A stretch of DNA of 64,000 bases from positions 18,338,795 to 18,402,794 of the forward strand of contig NC_092670.1 of NCBI RefSeq assembly GCF_964355755.1, given 5' to 3'. The DNA comes from Antedon mediterranea. Taxonomy: Eukaryota; Animalia; Echinodermata. Positions 24,162 to 37,837 of the stretch are shown here, in pieces. Made by a program: the position numbers and the translations under genes. The notes under the pieces were generated by a model that did not search any database, was not told the origin of the DNA, and saw nothing but the letters and a program-made list of their open reading frames with translations. Within the stretch, counting starts at the first letter, position 1. Each line of letters starts with the position of its first letter.

Positions 24162-25349
24162 TTAAGCTTGCTTGCCATTAGAGACGCAACAACGCAAGGA
24201 TGTGTAGACGCAACGCAAAAATGCAGACCAATGACAAGTGACTGTTGTTCCTTTGTTGTTACATTGAATAAAATTAGATTTTTAATTAGCATCGGTTTAG
24301 AGGTTCTTTATTACTTATTTTGGTATCAGGTGTTTTCGTTGAACATTGAAACACCAAGTGCACTGTTTATGTACCTCAACAGTGTTTGACAATCTGTAAT
24401 TGTGCTATTTATAAACGGTCACTATTATCAAGATCTCAAAGGTTAAGCGCCCCCTGGAGTTCAGTCTTTTATTAAATATCGGTTGCTGTGGTGGACGTAT
24501 AACTAATTTGTATTATGCTTTGGGTGTTAAGTAATTGACGTATACAACCTGCACCAGAGTCATTTTAGGTTACCCAAGATGCAGAACAAATAAACAAAAC
24601 TCACTTTTCGTAATTTTCAATGAGGCAACAATGCATCGTGCGAAACGTTATAAACTGTAATTTTATTATACAACAACCATGATGGGTAGCCCTGTACTGC
24701 ATCGGATTTTAGTCAATTTTCGTTGCATAATATCAATATAATATGCACTCTAATTATTATTTTTAGGATTACTTACTTCATCAGAAGAAGATTATCAAAT
24801 ACGTAATTCAGACGGTTTTATTTTAACTTGTAACTATAGTTGTAATTGTTTATACTACTGTGGAGTAGCATTTCACCAAATGTAAATAGTTGATATTATT
24901 TATCTATGTGTAGAAACCCATTGTGAATGTGATGTTATTCACACATAAGTACGCAAAGAGTAATTGTTTTAAATATTAGAAATGACCAAAAACTAACGAA
25001 ACCACGATCTCTCTATTTAGAACGTGTTTTATCGAGGTTAGCAGAGCAAAAAGTAAACTTTAGTCATAATGTAAACACTAAAATACAAACATGTACAAGG
25101 CCCATAGTACCATGAGAAGTGTTCAATTAAAGGGCCTGCTGGGTAATCGAAGAGCGAACAAAATGCGTGTGCTCCTGCGGTGTGGGAAATGAAGCGACAA
25201 CTTCAGTCGCACGGTCTCGCCACGGGAAATACCGCCCCCTATGATGTTTAGCAAATAGAGAGTCTTGGAGAGCCGAGATAGGAAGAAAGTATAGTTAACC
25301 CTGACTACCTTTAATATATTCAATGTCATCACGTGATATTTCTCATGTT

Positions 25350-25726
25350 AGACATACAACTAGTTTATTAAAACTAACAGAAACTCTGTCATGCCAGATT
25401 TGTTCCCATGAGACTTTAAAGTTTTTAATTGATTTGTGTTTATTTAGTTCGGTTTGGTTTTCGTCTGAGTATTGTCATTGTTACTACTACTAGTAAACTG
25501 ATGATTTTACTAAATGTTATACTAGATCCTTTTTTATATTTTTAAGATACAATAAGATGTTAATGTTTGCAATATTTGATAATTAAAGTTACTCACAAAA
25601 AGGATCTAGTATAACATTTAGCTATAACATCTAACTAAATAAACACAAATCAATTTTTAAAGTCTCATGGGAACAAATCTGACATGACAGAGTTTCTGTT
25701 AGTTTTAATAAACTTGTTGTATGTCT
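25350..25726. mobile_element. Palindromic MITE-like element, ~377 bp
   Basis: ~100-bp arms AGACATACAACTAGTTTATTAAAACTAACAGAAACTCTGTCATG.. and their reverse complement. Inner pair TAAATGTTATACTAGATCCTTTTT / AAAAAGGATCTAGTATAACATTTA. Confidence 0.85.
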
Positions 25727-28700
25727 TTTTATAAATATTCAGAACAAAATACTGGAATAATGGATAGATTATAGTCTATAATAATTTAAATGAACAACAT
25801 AAAAGCAAAAACAGTAAAAACAATCTGAAGATAAAATACCAAAAGACTAGAAAATAGCAAACATTAAAATTATTTATTTTATAAAACTCATTTTATAAAA
25901 AACATTTTTTAACAAAAAAAACTGGAATAATGTATCAAATAAGATGGGTATAGGGTTTATAATAATTGAAAAGTACAACATTAAATCAAAAATAGGAAAA
26001 ACATTCTAAATATAAAATGGCAAAATATCCTTTAGAGGCTTTTTAGTTTTATTGGTTTTAACGAAAAAGTGCATTATAGTCAAAAGTGTGTTGCCATTAT
26101 TTTTATAATTTGTTGTTTGACGACAGTATAATCACATGTCTTAAATTAAATGTATATAGCAGGCTATATTGTTTGATATGATAAACCTGAGATTGTAATT
26201 ATCTTAAAGGCGACAGTTAATACAATATAACACTAGTCCTGCCTGCTAACCCATTCTTTCAGTCCTACTTTCCTCCTTTACTGTTTTAACTGGGTACGCC
26301 AGGCTGGCGTCTCCTTCCTTAAATGTTCGATAAATTTGTTACTCAATTACTGCAAACAGCACATAAAAGTAATCTAGTCGATAGTTTAAACACCAAATAA
26401 CAGATATATGTGTTGCTACATCGTTTGCCTTTGAACTTAGCTCTATAAATGGTAATTGGCAATAACGAAGACGGCGTAAATCAAGGCGAAGGTGACGAGC
26501 TACTTCCGTGGAATGAACGGCGATCTGTATTGGTCGTTAGGCTGTACCTAGGCCTAGCTTTTGGTGATCCCCAGGAGACGAGAATTATAATAACCGAATA
26601 AATATAGAAGTTTATGTGGCTAGGAAGTCAGTCACCTGAATCGATCACGTGTTTGTATATTTGATATGTTCTGTTTTATATAATAGAATACATCACATTT
26701 GATTTTAATAAGGAATAATTATTTACGAATGTTGTTTACATTACGGTTGATTTACTCAAAGAGAACGGGTCGCCATGTAAGCAAATAAATGTATGTATTG
26801 CTTTATAATGCAAGACGGGCTCAAATGGGAACAGTTTAGGCATATATCGTACATTCAATGTTATATTAATTTATTGATATAGTTGCGTGAAGAATCGGGA
26901 CCGGTTCCGGCAATAATTCCAAATTAATTGACCTAGAAGTAAAGTAATGATTCCACACACCAGAGACCTATTTCCTTAAGACAACTTGATTGATTTAAAA
27001 ACGTTTATCCTCATTAATGTATCTTTCCAAATATAACTATTTCTGATTTTTTAAACATTAATTCGCTTTACAGAATATGAAATTATTATCATCTTATTTC
27101 CTAGAAAATGTTACTTTTTCACCATCCGATTCTCGGTAGTGTATCTATAGATTTTCCCATCCTATGAATATTATTTGTTTTTCATATTTTTCTTCTAGTG
27201 TCATAACCATCCCTTAACCCTTAACCAGCCTTATGATGATACAGGCACCACATGTGATAAAAATGAGATGCTGTATTACGAAATTCCTATGATACTGGGC
27301 AATTATTGTAGTATGTGGAGAAACAATTCAAACTTAAAACTCAACACTAAAATACAGCGAAAATACAGCGGAATTTCAGGAACGGTTGGCAGTTAAGCTG
27401 TGTGATAAGAAAGATAATATCAGTATCTCATACAAACGATATTACCGCTAGGTACAGTAGTACGATATTGATTTAATCTTGAATAGGCCTTTATTATTTT
27501 TGTATAACACATTTCTCATTTGATACCATGTCAATTAGCAAATTGAATCCTTAGAATAAACTGTAATCGGTTTTCTAATTTAACGGACTTTATAAGTAAT
27601 ACTATTTATTTACACTGTTAAACATTCTAAATTACTTTTTTAATTTTAAAGGCATTTTTATCAAACAATTTGAATAATCTAAAAAATAGTTGAATTTTAT
27701 TTACAATCACTCACCAATTTTGCTGTTGCGATCATGGGCTTTTCACGCTAAATAAAGATCAACTTTAAAATGTATTTTTTATGTTAAACATAATTATTAT
27801 AAAAACAAACCCTTGTAATAATTTAAAAAAATGTTGTTACTTCTTAACAATATTCAGAAATCAAAATGTTAAAGAAACACATTTCCTACTAATGAATGTT
27901 CATGGTAAACATTTAAAAACTTTTGTTGATAATTGAAAATCTGTTTATTTGTTTAATAATTCTGATTAATCAAGTTTTAGTATTCACTATGTTGGTTAAA
28001 TGATATGCGATGCTCTAAAGAAACAAAAATCAATAATAATTATTCATGTTAAATTAAAATAAACTTTTGTATTAATTTAATTCATTTGTCATTTAACTAA
28101 TTTAGTTTTCTGTTAAATCAAACTTTAATATTCACTGTTGATACTTATGATATACAGTGATTCCGTAAAGTTCAGCTAAAGAAACACGATGCCCGCTGCT
28201 TTAAATCAACTTTACAAGTCCATAAGCAAATTGGCTACATCTATTAAAACAACCTTTCAACAATTGCAAAATATGGAACGAATCAATTATTCGACTTAAA
28301 TGGTTTGTTGGCCAATGTTGTGTTTGGTCAATAATTGAAGCCAAATTAGCTTTCATTATAATATGGTGAAAATCATAAGGATAAGGTTAGAGGTCGACTG
28401 ATTAGCCTATAATTAATTTATAATTGTTAATATCTTGTATGGTATTTTCGTTAAACACATTTATTTAGATTGATTGAATAATATTCTACGGTGGTTTATG
28501 ATGACGCACTTGGCTTAGGCCTAACGTTTTTTGACAAGGCCTACACAGGAACACAATGACATTAGCAAAATGTGTGTTTGTGTGCGTTACAGTACAGCAT
28601 TAAAACAAATCAGCCTATAGCTAGATATTGGTGTATTTTATTCATACAAAAATGATGATCCAATAAAATATACAAAAGTAGCGTAATGCTGAATTCTAGT

Positions 28701-30402
28701 ATTTGTTCACATTACTATAGGCCTATATATTAATCAATCATTCAGGTAAAAAAACACTGATCAAACATTATAATGTATAAATATAGGCCTATTATAAAAT
28801 TGAATACAATTATTAATGACGAATTGAAAATTTAAATTCATCCATTTATATAATATAAACCTAAAGACAAATCCATGTTGAAGGATTATTAAAGATGTAT
28901 CGATCGAAAGGAAGAAGATAAAATAAAGACTTTGATTAGGCAATTTCACAGTTTTAATCAAGTTAAATCGTTTACAGATATTATTCACTTATACAAAGAC
29001 AAGATAAACGATTAAATTCAACCACAAATCCATTAAAAAGTGAATAACTGTTATTCGACCAATATTCAACAAAAACATTAACAAAATTATTTTTCAAGGA
29101 GAATTACATCTTTAACTATTAGTGATTTTATTATGAGGTAAAGGATGGGACTATTTAAAAATGTTGAGGTAGGACTAAGGCATTGATAGCCATAACAGTG
29201 GTTCTCTACCATTTATTCTACCATTTTGTTATTATCATCATAATCATAGCCTATGCATCGTCATTGTCCTTCTTCTGAGCCCTATTCATCTATCTTTATC
29301 CTCATCAACGTTATCACCAACACCGCAATAAGAAGTCGTGATTGTGCCCTTATTGCTCCTCCTCGTGGCCTTGCGGTCATTCATCAACAAGGTCACTGAT
29401 TCTCATCTTTTATCAATGACATACAGGTGTTTTCCACCTTTTGGGAAGGTTTGGCGGTGAGATCAAAAGAGTGGTGGAGCCTAGACCTAACCCCTTCAGG
29501 GAAGGATTGAACCATCGCGTTAGCTGTGATCTTTCATAGCCATTCTACTATTTGTTTTATCCGAAGATATCAGACTTAATTAACATAGCAATAACAGATA
29601 ATTGTTCAATTCATCGTCTGCGGTCAACATGGCCGGTAGTATTTTCCCGAAAGTGTACAAAGAGCTGTAGGTATACATATTTGAAAAAAAAAGATCCCCA
29701 CAAATTATGTTTTGGAGTTTACATAATTGAAGATCCATTAGTCAAATTAAGTTTTGTCTGAAAATTATGATTTTTGTTTGGGAAAGTTTGGTATGATGTC
29801 ACCGTCGAGTCTACATTTTAGATGGATATTGATATCCTCGTAATTTCTCATGAAATTGAATTGGTAATAACAAGACAAGATTCGCTTACAAATTGGTTAA
29901 CTCCGAACCCCGGGTGTCCCGATCCCGCCGACCTAATGCCGTCGAACGGAAATTATTAATATACCGTATTAGATAGTAAAATTCATTCATAAACTAAAGA
30001 GTCTACGCCCAACACTTGTACCAATTATTAGAATCATAAACTGATATGTTTATCTGTAGGTGGTCCAATTATGACTAGCGTTCATTGGATCACTAGCCAG
30101 GCTCTCGTCTCAATGTGTCTCAATGTAGGGTTGCGGCTGCTGAGAGGGGTGTACAGCAGCTGGGCCAGTCAGCGCAAGGCGCCACGTGTGGATCCCGACT
30201 AAGCGGGTTAAATTGATATTATATCTATCTATCTTAATATCAGATAAAACGTTGTGAAGACTGTGATAAAATAATAACTTTACAAACGATATTTCTATGA
30301 AATTTAATACTGAATATACCTAGCTTTATTGCTCATTCAATTTATATTACGAATGAGGGTACGTTTATTGTAAAAACATAATAGAAAAATAACGCTTAAA
30401 AA

Positions 30403-30443
30403 AAACGACGTTTCGACTCCATCATGGGGTCATTATCAAGTCC
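30403..30443 (-). ncRNA. Minimal type I hammerhead ribozyme motif (U3-A8 variant), Penelope-like element remnant
   Basis: Minus strand GGAC-TTGATAA-T-GACCCCATGATGGAGTC-GAAAC-GTC-GTTT, with AATAAA ~35 nt downstream. Confidence 0.6.
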
Positions 30444-32226
30444 AATGAATGAAATTAAAAAAAAACAACTAATTAAATAACACAAGCCAAGGGTCAAAAG
30501 TTAAGGGTCAATTTATATTGTATTTGTATTTACCTATTCACTTTAAACTCAACAGTATCAGTATATGTTTTAAAGAATGATTAGCCTAGTATGTTTAATG
30601 TTTCACATCTATACAAACACTCTTTTTTTTACAATATAGCCTACGGTACCGTATGGTATGTGTATACAGTTTTATGCGACAACTCAAAAAATGATTTAAA
30701 CATTTTCAATTCTGAAATAAGTTTCTTTCTACTTCAAATTAGTCTTATACAAATGGTACGAAGATAAATTAAAAATCACCAAATTATTCGTTCCATGGAA
30801 AAGGAAAATACACGAAGAATTTTCCTTGACAGAAATGGCAATGGTAGCCTATCATTAAAAACTACAAACAATCCATCAAAACATTTTCATATAAAAGTAT
30901 TGCATTTAGGTTCAAATTGTAATTCCGATTTAAAAACTACTGCAAACATTTGTAAATGAATTTTAGTGCTAGACTGTGTTACAGGCCTAGTACAGTTGTC
31001 TAATTCCTTATTTTCAGTGGTATGAGTGAAGTGCCGCGTAAACAGATCACAAGGTGCGGCGTCTTACTAGTTAATCTCAATAAGATGGATTAAAGAGATC
31101 ATTGTAAACGAGTTTTTGATCGCATTCAACATTTGATCATGCCGAGTGACGCGTTTTCATGTGTGCGAAACACCATATTCAGTTGGAAAATTAATAATAC
31201 CAAATTCGTTCAAGCTAGGCCCGTCGAACTGTAATAAACCCAACCCAAATAGTTCGTCTAATGTCGGTTTGTCATCGGTATTTTCATCGCCTTTTAATTG
31301 AAGTGTCCAAAGATTCTCTAAGTTGTAACGATAACTCACCTAACGGTGCAGCTGAGCGCAGAGTGCTGAGTGATCTTTACACACAGCACTAGTATTTTGC
31401 AGTAAGACAAAAATGAACTAGCAACAAAGACACCTTTCACATTATGCTTGTCAACATTTTAATTCTACAACAATTTGACCTCATCAAATCCTTTCGTTCT
31501 GATTGTAAAGTTAATAAGTTAGTTTGATAGAATGTCTTCGTTAAATTGTTCAGGGTTTGAATTGTTAATGTGTACGTGTTTACTGATTTGTTACACTCGT
31601 GGCCAACACGCGACATCATCCATCCATCAGATCTATTATAACATTCTTTAATTTTAAGATACTGTTATATACTGTTTCTTTCTGATTTCATATTAAATTA
31701 AAGTGTGTTACTGTACATGCATTACTACCTGAATTGCATAAAGTTAATATTATGTGCACAATTTATTTTGGTTGTAGCCTAATTTTGTTGTCGAATTATT
31801 CCTCTGTTAATATCACCTAGATTTGGAAAGTGGAATTTCTCCCTGAATCGTAGTTCCAAAATAGCCCCATAACTTCTCCATAAACATTGACATCAGTGTA
31901 TGCTGCTGAAGGATGTCAATGTAATGAAATAAGTTAATTTGAATCTTATTATTATAAGAATAGATGCATTTTAACACTATAAACACGTTAATGCAGTACA
32001 AACTGCTTTTGTTCTTGGTAGAATTACTAAAACTACTGACATATTTATCTAAATCGTATTAAAGAGGAAATATTCATTCTCCTCAGCTTTAACCTGTGCT
32101 TATAAAATAATGTCATAATTGTTCTTGATGAACCTTTTCTAAATAAAAATAGTATAGCGACTAATATGTTGGAATTATCCAAGTTTTTTCAAATGAGCAG
32201 TATACATTCCTTTTGTTAATCAATTG

Positions 32227-32350
32227 AATTTTGTTGAGATTTTTGTTGACACTTTGTTGAAATTTTGTTGACAATTTGTTGAGATTTTTGTCGACAATTT
32301 GTTAGATTTTTGTCGACAATTTGTTGAGATTTTTGTTGGCAATTTGTTGA
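32227..32350. repeat. ~23-bp minisatellite, ~5.5 copies
   Basis: AATTTGTTGAGATTTTTGT(T/C)GAC repeated. Confidence 0.9.
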
Positions 32351-33736
32351 GAGCATCGATTATGATGACAACCGTGTGCATTTGGCGATTAGAGAGTAAC
32401 TCACCGTATGTGGCGGTCGTCAATCGGCGCATTCGCCGCTTTTGATCCAAAAGATTGGAACCGCTGATAATCGGAGTTTTTACCTTGATTTGGAGCACGC
32501 GCTGCGCTTAATGATTTGGCCCGATGGATTGATGTTCATTTGAATTGAATTTCATCGATTTAAATTATTTTCCAATTCATTAGTCATGCTATAAGGTATT
32601 TTCACCTTGCTTTATAACACGCACAATTCGTCATTAAAAAGTGTTAAGTTTTTTTTTCTGTTTTGTGGAGTAAACACCTTTATTCGCATTCAAATTATCT
32701 TTCGTGTCATCATATAAAATTATATTATTTATCACATTTTTGTTAATTCCTAATGTCATTACAATTTGATAAACTTTGATAAACAGTAACATTTTTAAAT
32801 CTTTGTATTTCGTTTTACCTCATTTTTTCATAATACACTTACAAAACAGTTAATACAAAGACGTTTGGTCTAAATAACCTTTTTGTGTTGTGTTTATTTT
32901 TTAGTGTTTTAGTGTGTAGAGCGATTACTCAGCTGATGATGATGTATACATTTTACTTTCTATAGGCCCAACATTTTTAACAACGCTTGCCCTAAAATAT
33001 TCTCGGCCACCAATTGGTACTACCAGTTCCCCTTATTAAGGAATTCTTGCCATCGAGAAAAATAAGTTGTTTCCTATTTTTCTATCATTTTATTTGCGAT
33101 ATAGGCTTAAGCTGCATCAATTAACAAATTACTTTTTTCCATTACAAACAATACATTAATATTGTTAAGATCTTCTGTAAAATATTACACATCCTTTTGA
33201 ATCATGAATCGTAATTCTTATTAACAAATAATCTTTCCTAAAAATGTGTAATTGTTGTAACTTGTATTGAAAGAGACAGGTTAACTAACCGTTTAAACTC
33301 ATTAGCAATACTTTAATTATTCAACAATACAAAATGTCACAGTCAATGATCTGCCGTGAAGAAAACGTTCATGTTTGGCCGTAACAAAGTAGGCCCACAT
33401 TTCCTTTCTTGTTGTTTAATTAGTTTAATTAAATTGACAAAATCGAGCAGACATTTAATTTACTTAACAGAAGTATGAAGCGCCAACATTTCTATTATTA
33501 TACATTTAGTTGTGCACATTTATTTATTTATTTTATTATTTATTAGAAATTCTACATAATAACAATACAGAGAGGTACATAGACAATGGTACAATAATGA
33601 TAAAAATAACCATGCTAATGGTATGTCCAGAGAGAATAATGGGCTGATAGCCGACACAAAAGTGAATTCGCTCTAAACCACTAAACTGCGAAAAGAAAAC
33701 ATAGAGTACATTCATTAAAAGATTTGTTTTCTTCAA

Positions 33737-33762
33737 ATATATATATATATATATATATATAT
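33737..33762. repeat. (AT)13 microsatellite
   Basis: Direct reading. Confidence 0.95.
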
Positions 33763-36448
33763 TTTAAAATGTTTATTTACTTTATTACGGTGTTTATTTG
33801 TTAAAATGTATTATCAAAACTTTTATGGGAAGACGAGTGCAGAATTGAAAATAAAATAAGTTATATTGGGTTGATTCCTATTTTATATTCCATAATCCCC
33901 ATAAAGAAGAAGTATTGTAACATGTTGTAGAATGTTATTACCATTTGTCGCATTATGCTTTGGTTTGTGGAATATCGGAAAACACAGCTTAAACATGATC
34001 CGTTCATTGTACACATGGGACAAAGTATAACATTTCATTTTAGTGTAAAACATTTGCCTTGTTACATCAAACATTCATTTAAAATGAGTGTGAACGCAAC
34101 TGATTTACACAGTCACGTGATAGCAAATGTTGTCAGGTGATACACTAACCGTGGGAACTTTATTATCTTCTTGACTTTCATTTCAACAATTTATTGAAAT
34201 CTAATTGGATAACGAATCGGTTATGCTTGTATCAGATATTTTCTACGTATTCATTATCTGTTCAAGTATTTGGCACCTTTTGCGAGGTTTGGAAATCCCT
34301 GTCATTTTCGCTTTCAGCTAATCATGACGTCATAGAGACGTTAGAGTTTCTAGAGCTTATAATATGACCTCACGTGCGTAAAGTCTTAAAGCTAGACAAG
34401 TCGGCACCAGATTCCAAAACGGAAAACCCGATGACTATTCAACCGAAAGAACACGTTGTGCTAGGCTCTGATAAACCCCATCTCCTTTTGATTAGCTTAT
34501 TCCTTAATGACATCTAAATTATAGTTCATTTTCCAATTATTTTATTTGGTGAAAATATCTATTTGGGCGGAAGTTGAGTTTTGCATTGTCGTGTCAAAGG
34601 AAAGTTAGGTGAATGACCTGTTCACCTGTTTCCTATGCAATTTAACGTGGTAATCCTGGTCCTCTTGATGCAGTATAAGCTAGACAACTGATAAATGCAG
34701 TAAACAAGTGTTTAAATATTTTAATATTCGGAAATTGAATATACTTAGGTTTGAAAGGCTTTATACGTTGTCAAAGTATTGCATTTAATACCATAGAATT
34801 ATATTTTTAAGGTCAGTTTGTAACAATTACTGTATGTTTAGAAAAAAGAATATGCAGTATGTATTGTAACTATAGGCCTACACAAAGTGCGTAACTGACT
34901 ACACCCTATATTAAAGAAAGAAGGAACTAAGATTGTAACCTTTGATACTTATTATTTTTTTTAAATACCCTTACAACTTATAATAAAATTTATTATTTTT
35001 TCTTGATATAATAAATACAATGAATAGTTAATAATATGAATGTCTGTACGGTTCAATATCAATGTATTCGCATAGAAACACATGCGCATGCGCGACAGGC
35101 GCCCCTGCATGCTGGAAATGTTCAACTTTACAACGTGATTTTTGTATAACAATAGGTACAATTTGTAATAATATGGGTCACAATGTCGTTGGGAAAGTTC
35201 GAGAAAAATGACATAGTTACTTTCGATTTCAATGTAAAGTACAATAGTAACCTTCCCGTAGGGAAGTTGGTATAATCACATTCAATTGATCGAAGGATGT
35301 ACGTGCTCCGTTAATCGACACTAAAATATTCCTTTTTCCTGCTGGTTTTCGTACTTCATGTATGGAAAAGCTTATGATGTGCCGTACATACGGAATTGTA
35401 GATTTTTAAACGTGTTGCCAAAGTGATGTAGGCATATCTTTAGCTTTCGGGATACATGTACTGTAAGCTTGTTAGTAGGGCCATCAGGATGGTACCATAG
35501 GGGAAAGTTAGTGCTACTGTTAGCACTTTTGTTTTGTTCCTACTCATTCCATTTGCTAAAATATTAATATATTATGATTGTTCGTTATCAGATATATACA
35601 ACCATAGTTGTCGTGTAAACTCTATAGAAGATCGCGTTAAAATGATGATGAAAACCACGCGCGTGTTTAGTACGTGTCTTTTCCTTCAAGGGACATCCGA
35701 CTGCCACGCGTCCAAACAATGATGAGAAGGTACGCGTGTGTTAACTTCGTGTATTTTCCGCGAAAAGAGTCTGAACTATACTAGATGTAAACACGCCACA
35801 CAGATCAACGGTTGTTTTGTAAAAGTGTGTTACATTTCTAACACTTTAAATGAAGATATATTCCTAAGCGATATTCATAATTATTCTTAGTAAGAAGTCC
35901 AGTCTAAAACCTTGAAAGTTATGCAGACGAGGAGTATACCGCAAAACCGGAAGGAATTTTTTATTGCAAAAAATGAACTCTAAAAGGACAAAATAATTAG
36001 GCGACAAGAACGTTATTCCCTGTTGTATAATAAATATAGTTACATAAAAATTAGGAGCTTTTACGTGTATCAGAATTTTCAATTCATGCAACTTTCTTGT
36101 ATAAAATACGACAATTGTATTGAATAATACGTAATGATAATTACTAACATGATTTGATTATTATCGATAATTGAAAAACTAACTGTTAAATGAGCGCCAC
36201 CTATCGGTGGACAGGTGTTTTTATGTAAATTTGTAGATTTCGTGTTTGAGCTAAACGTGGCTAATGGAATGAGGACAGGGAGAGTGACTTGTAAAAAGTG
36301 CGCTGACTTAACATATCGCAAGTTGTAGGTATAAGCCACTCTATAACCTAGGCCTAAAGTTAACGATAAACAAATATTTGATTCTATCCATCCCAAAGTG
36401 TTTCCAGTTATGTTTACATTTATCATAATAATTATTTCCAACACGAAA

Positions 36449-36725
36449 TCTATCAATAAACTGAAAAAGATCTGGAAATCCAAAAGTCACCTTTAAAATA
36501 AGACACCGCAGATTGGGTGCTGCCGGACATTTTTATCGTCACACGAAGAAGCAGCAAGCAGATTTCTGCTCTGGGAACCCAAACATGGATCAGCAGGTGC
36601 ACGAAACAAAACACACGTCATGGTCCTTCTTGAGGATACCAGCTTAGGAAATACAACTTGCTTGTGTCATGGAGGACCACAAAACTTGGAAATCTAGCTA
36701 TGCTGATGTCTGATTGATGAAGATG
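36449..36725 (+). mobile_element. RTE-clade LINE relic (ORF C-terminus)
   Basis: Translation across frameshifts gives SINKLKKIWKSK / PKVTFKIRHRRLGAAGHFYRH / EEAASRFLLWEPKHG..VLLEDT / QLACVMEDHKTWK. This matches the RTE C-terminal pattern RRLxxAGH..LLWEP.HG..EDT..M.DR..W. Confidence 0.8.
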
Positions 36726-37837
36726 GTCGACTGCGGTCTAGAGCATATTTGACGTGGTGCAACCTAAGCCGAATTATTGGAAGTGGTCGAAGTACCAGTT
36801 TCAATTAAAAGGAGGAACCACCAGAAGGCATAGGATCTAGGAGAAGGATAATTAAAGAAAATATCGTGTTTCGGAGAATTAATCGTCTAGTATAAACCAA
36901 TTCAAAAGAATGTGTTGCTCTTCCATGAAGGAGGCCCTCCATTATTTTTTTTTCACAAGATCTTACAAAGATTTTTTTGGAAGAATAATTACGAAACAAA
37001 TCATTAATTGAGGGTACATTTTGTAATGTCAATGTACTGTTGTAGAAAACTAGTTCCCTCGTTATTAAGTATGTGTAAACAACTTAAAAGTGTGGTTACT
37101 TGATTTATAGTCGTTGGAATAGACTCACTAACTAAATTAGTACAACCGAGTTTATAAGTATCTGCTTAAAATGTTTTTACACATGACCTACCCACAATTC
37201 TATTACTATTTATGAAATTTCCAACTAGATTTTCTTCTAACCGGAATTTAAAATTGATTAGGCAAATTATTAAAGTAAAAACCATTGTTCTAGCTAACCT
37301 GGTTGATGTGAAATTACACTCAGTTTATTAACACCTTGACCCATGCACTTTTCTGTTTATCCCCTTCACACCGTTGAGGCCTATAAAATTAGGCAGACGA
37401 TAACCGGCAGACGATAGAATCTATTAAAAAGTTTTAACACATTTTAGGAAAATATCATTACAGCCAAAATAAATATGTTGTGTATATAAACTAAGTAATA
37501 GTATTGCGGTTAATTGATGTTTTTAGACACGGATCATTTGGTTTTCTCAAAAGGAAACTCAGTATGAGCTGAACTGCTAATTGTAGCATAAATAAAAAGC
37601 TTGGTGATAGTTTATGAACAATTAGTTTTTTTCAAACCTTCTTTTTGATTTATATCACCATTCATGATGTCAACATTCAAGTTTCATTTTGTGATCCTAA
37701 TTGTGTTTTTACGTATTACATCCGCTAAATAGATTAATTTAACGAAATTTAAACATTTGTTATTTAAATGAACAAATAGAATATTGAAATGATTAAAGAA
37801 AAACATTTGATATTAATGGCCTCTTTTCTGTTGGGAG

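Noticed and set aside
24110-24389. ORFs on both strands with CVASG/DATTQG motifs
   Set aside because: They lie within MITE sequence.
24615-24652. Second hammerhead-like string (CAATGAGGC..GCGAAACGTTA)
   Set aside because: The core lacks the U4-G5 positions and the helices are poor.
25743-26024. Diverged ~170-bp duplication (a similar case lies at ~2057/2214)
   Set aside because: These are real but ordinary old AT-rich duplications with no further signal.
29400-29550. B-box-like GGTTCAATCC on the minus strand, possible tRNA-derived SINE
   Set aside because: There is no convincing A box, cloverleaf or second copy.
30055-30235. GC-rich segment ending in (ATCT)n, possible retroelement 3' end
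   Set aside because: There is no TSD or diagnostic motif, so I could not assign a family.
31157-31339. Protein-like 60-aa minus-strand ORF (..DDKPTLDELFGLGLLQFDGP..)
   Set aside because: It starts at a GTGAGT, has no ATG and shows no homology I recognise.
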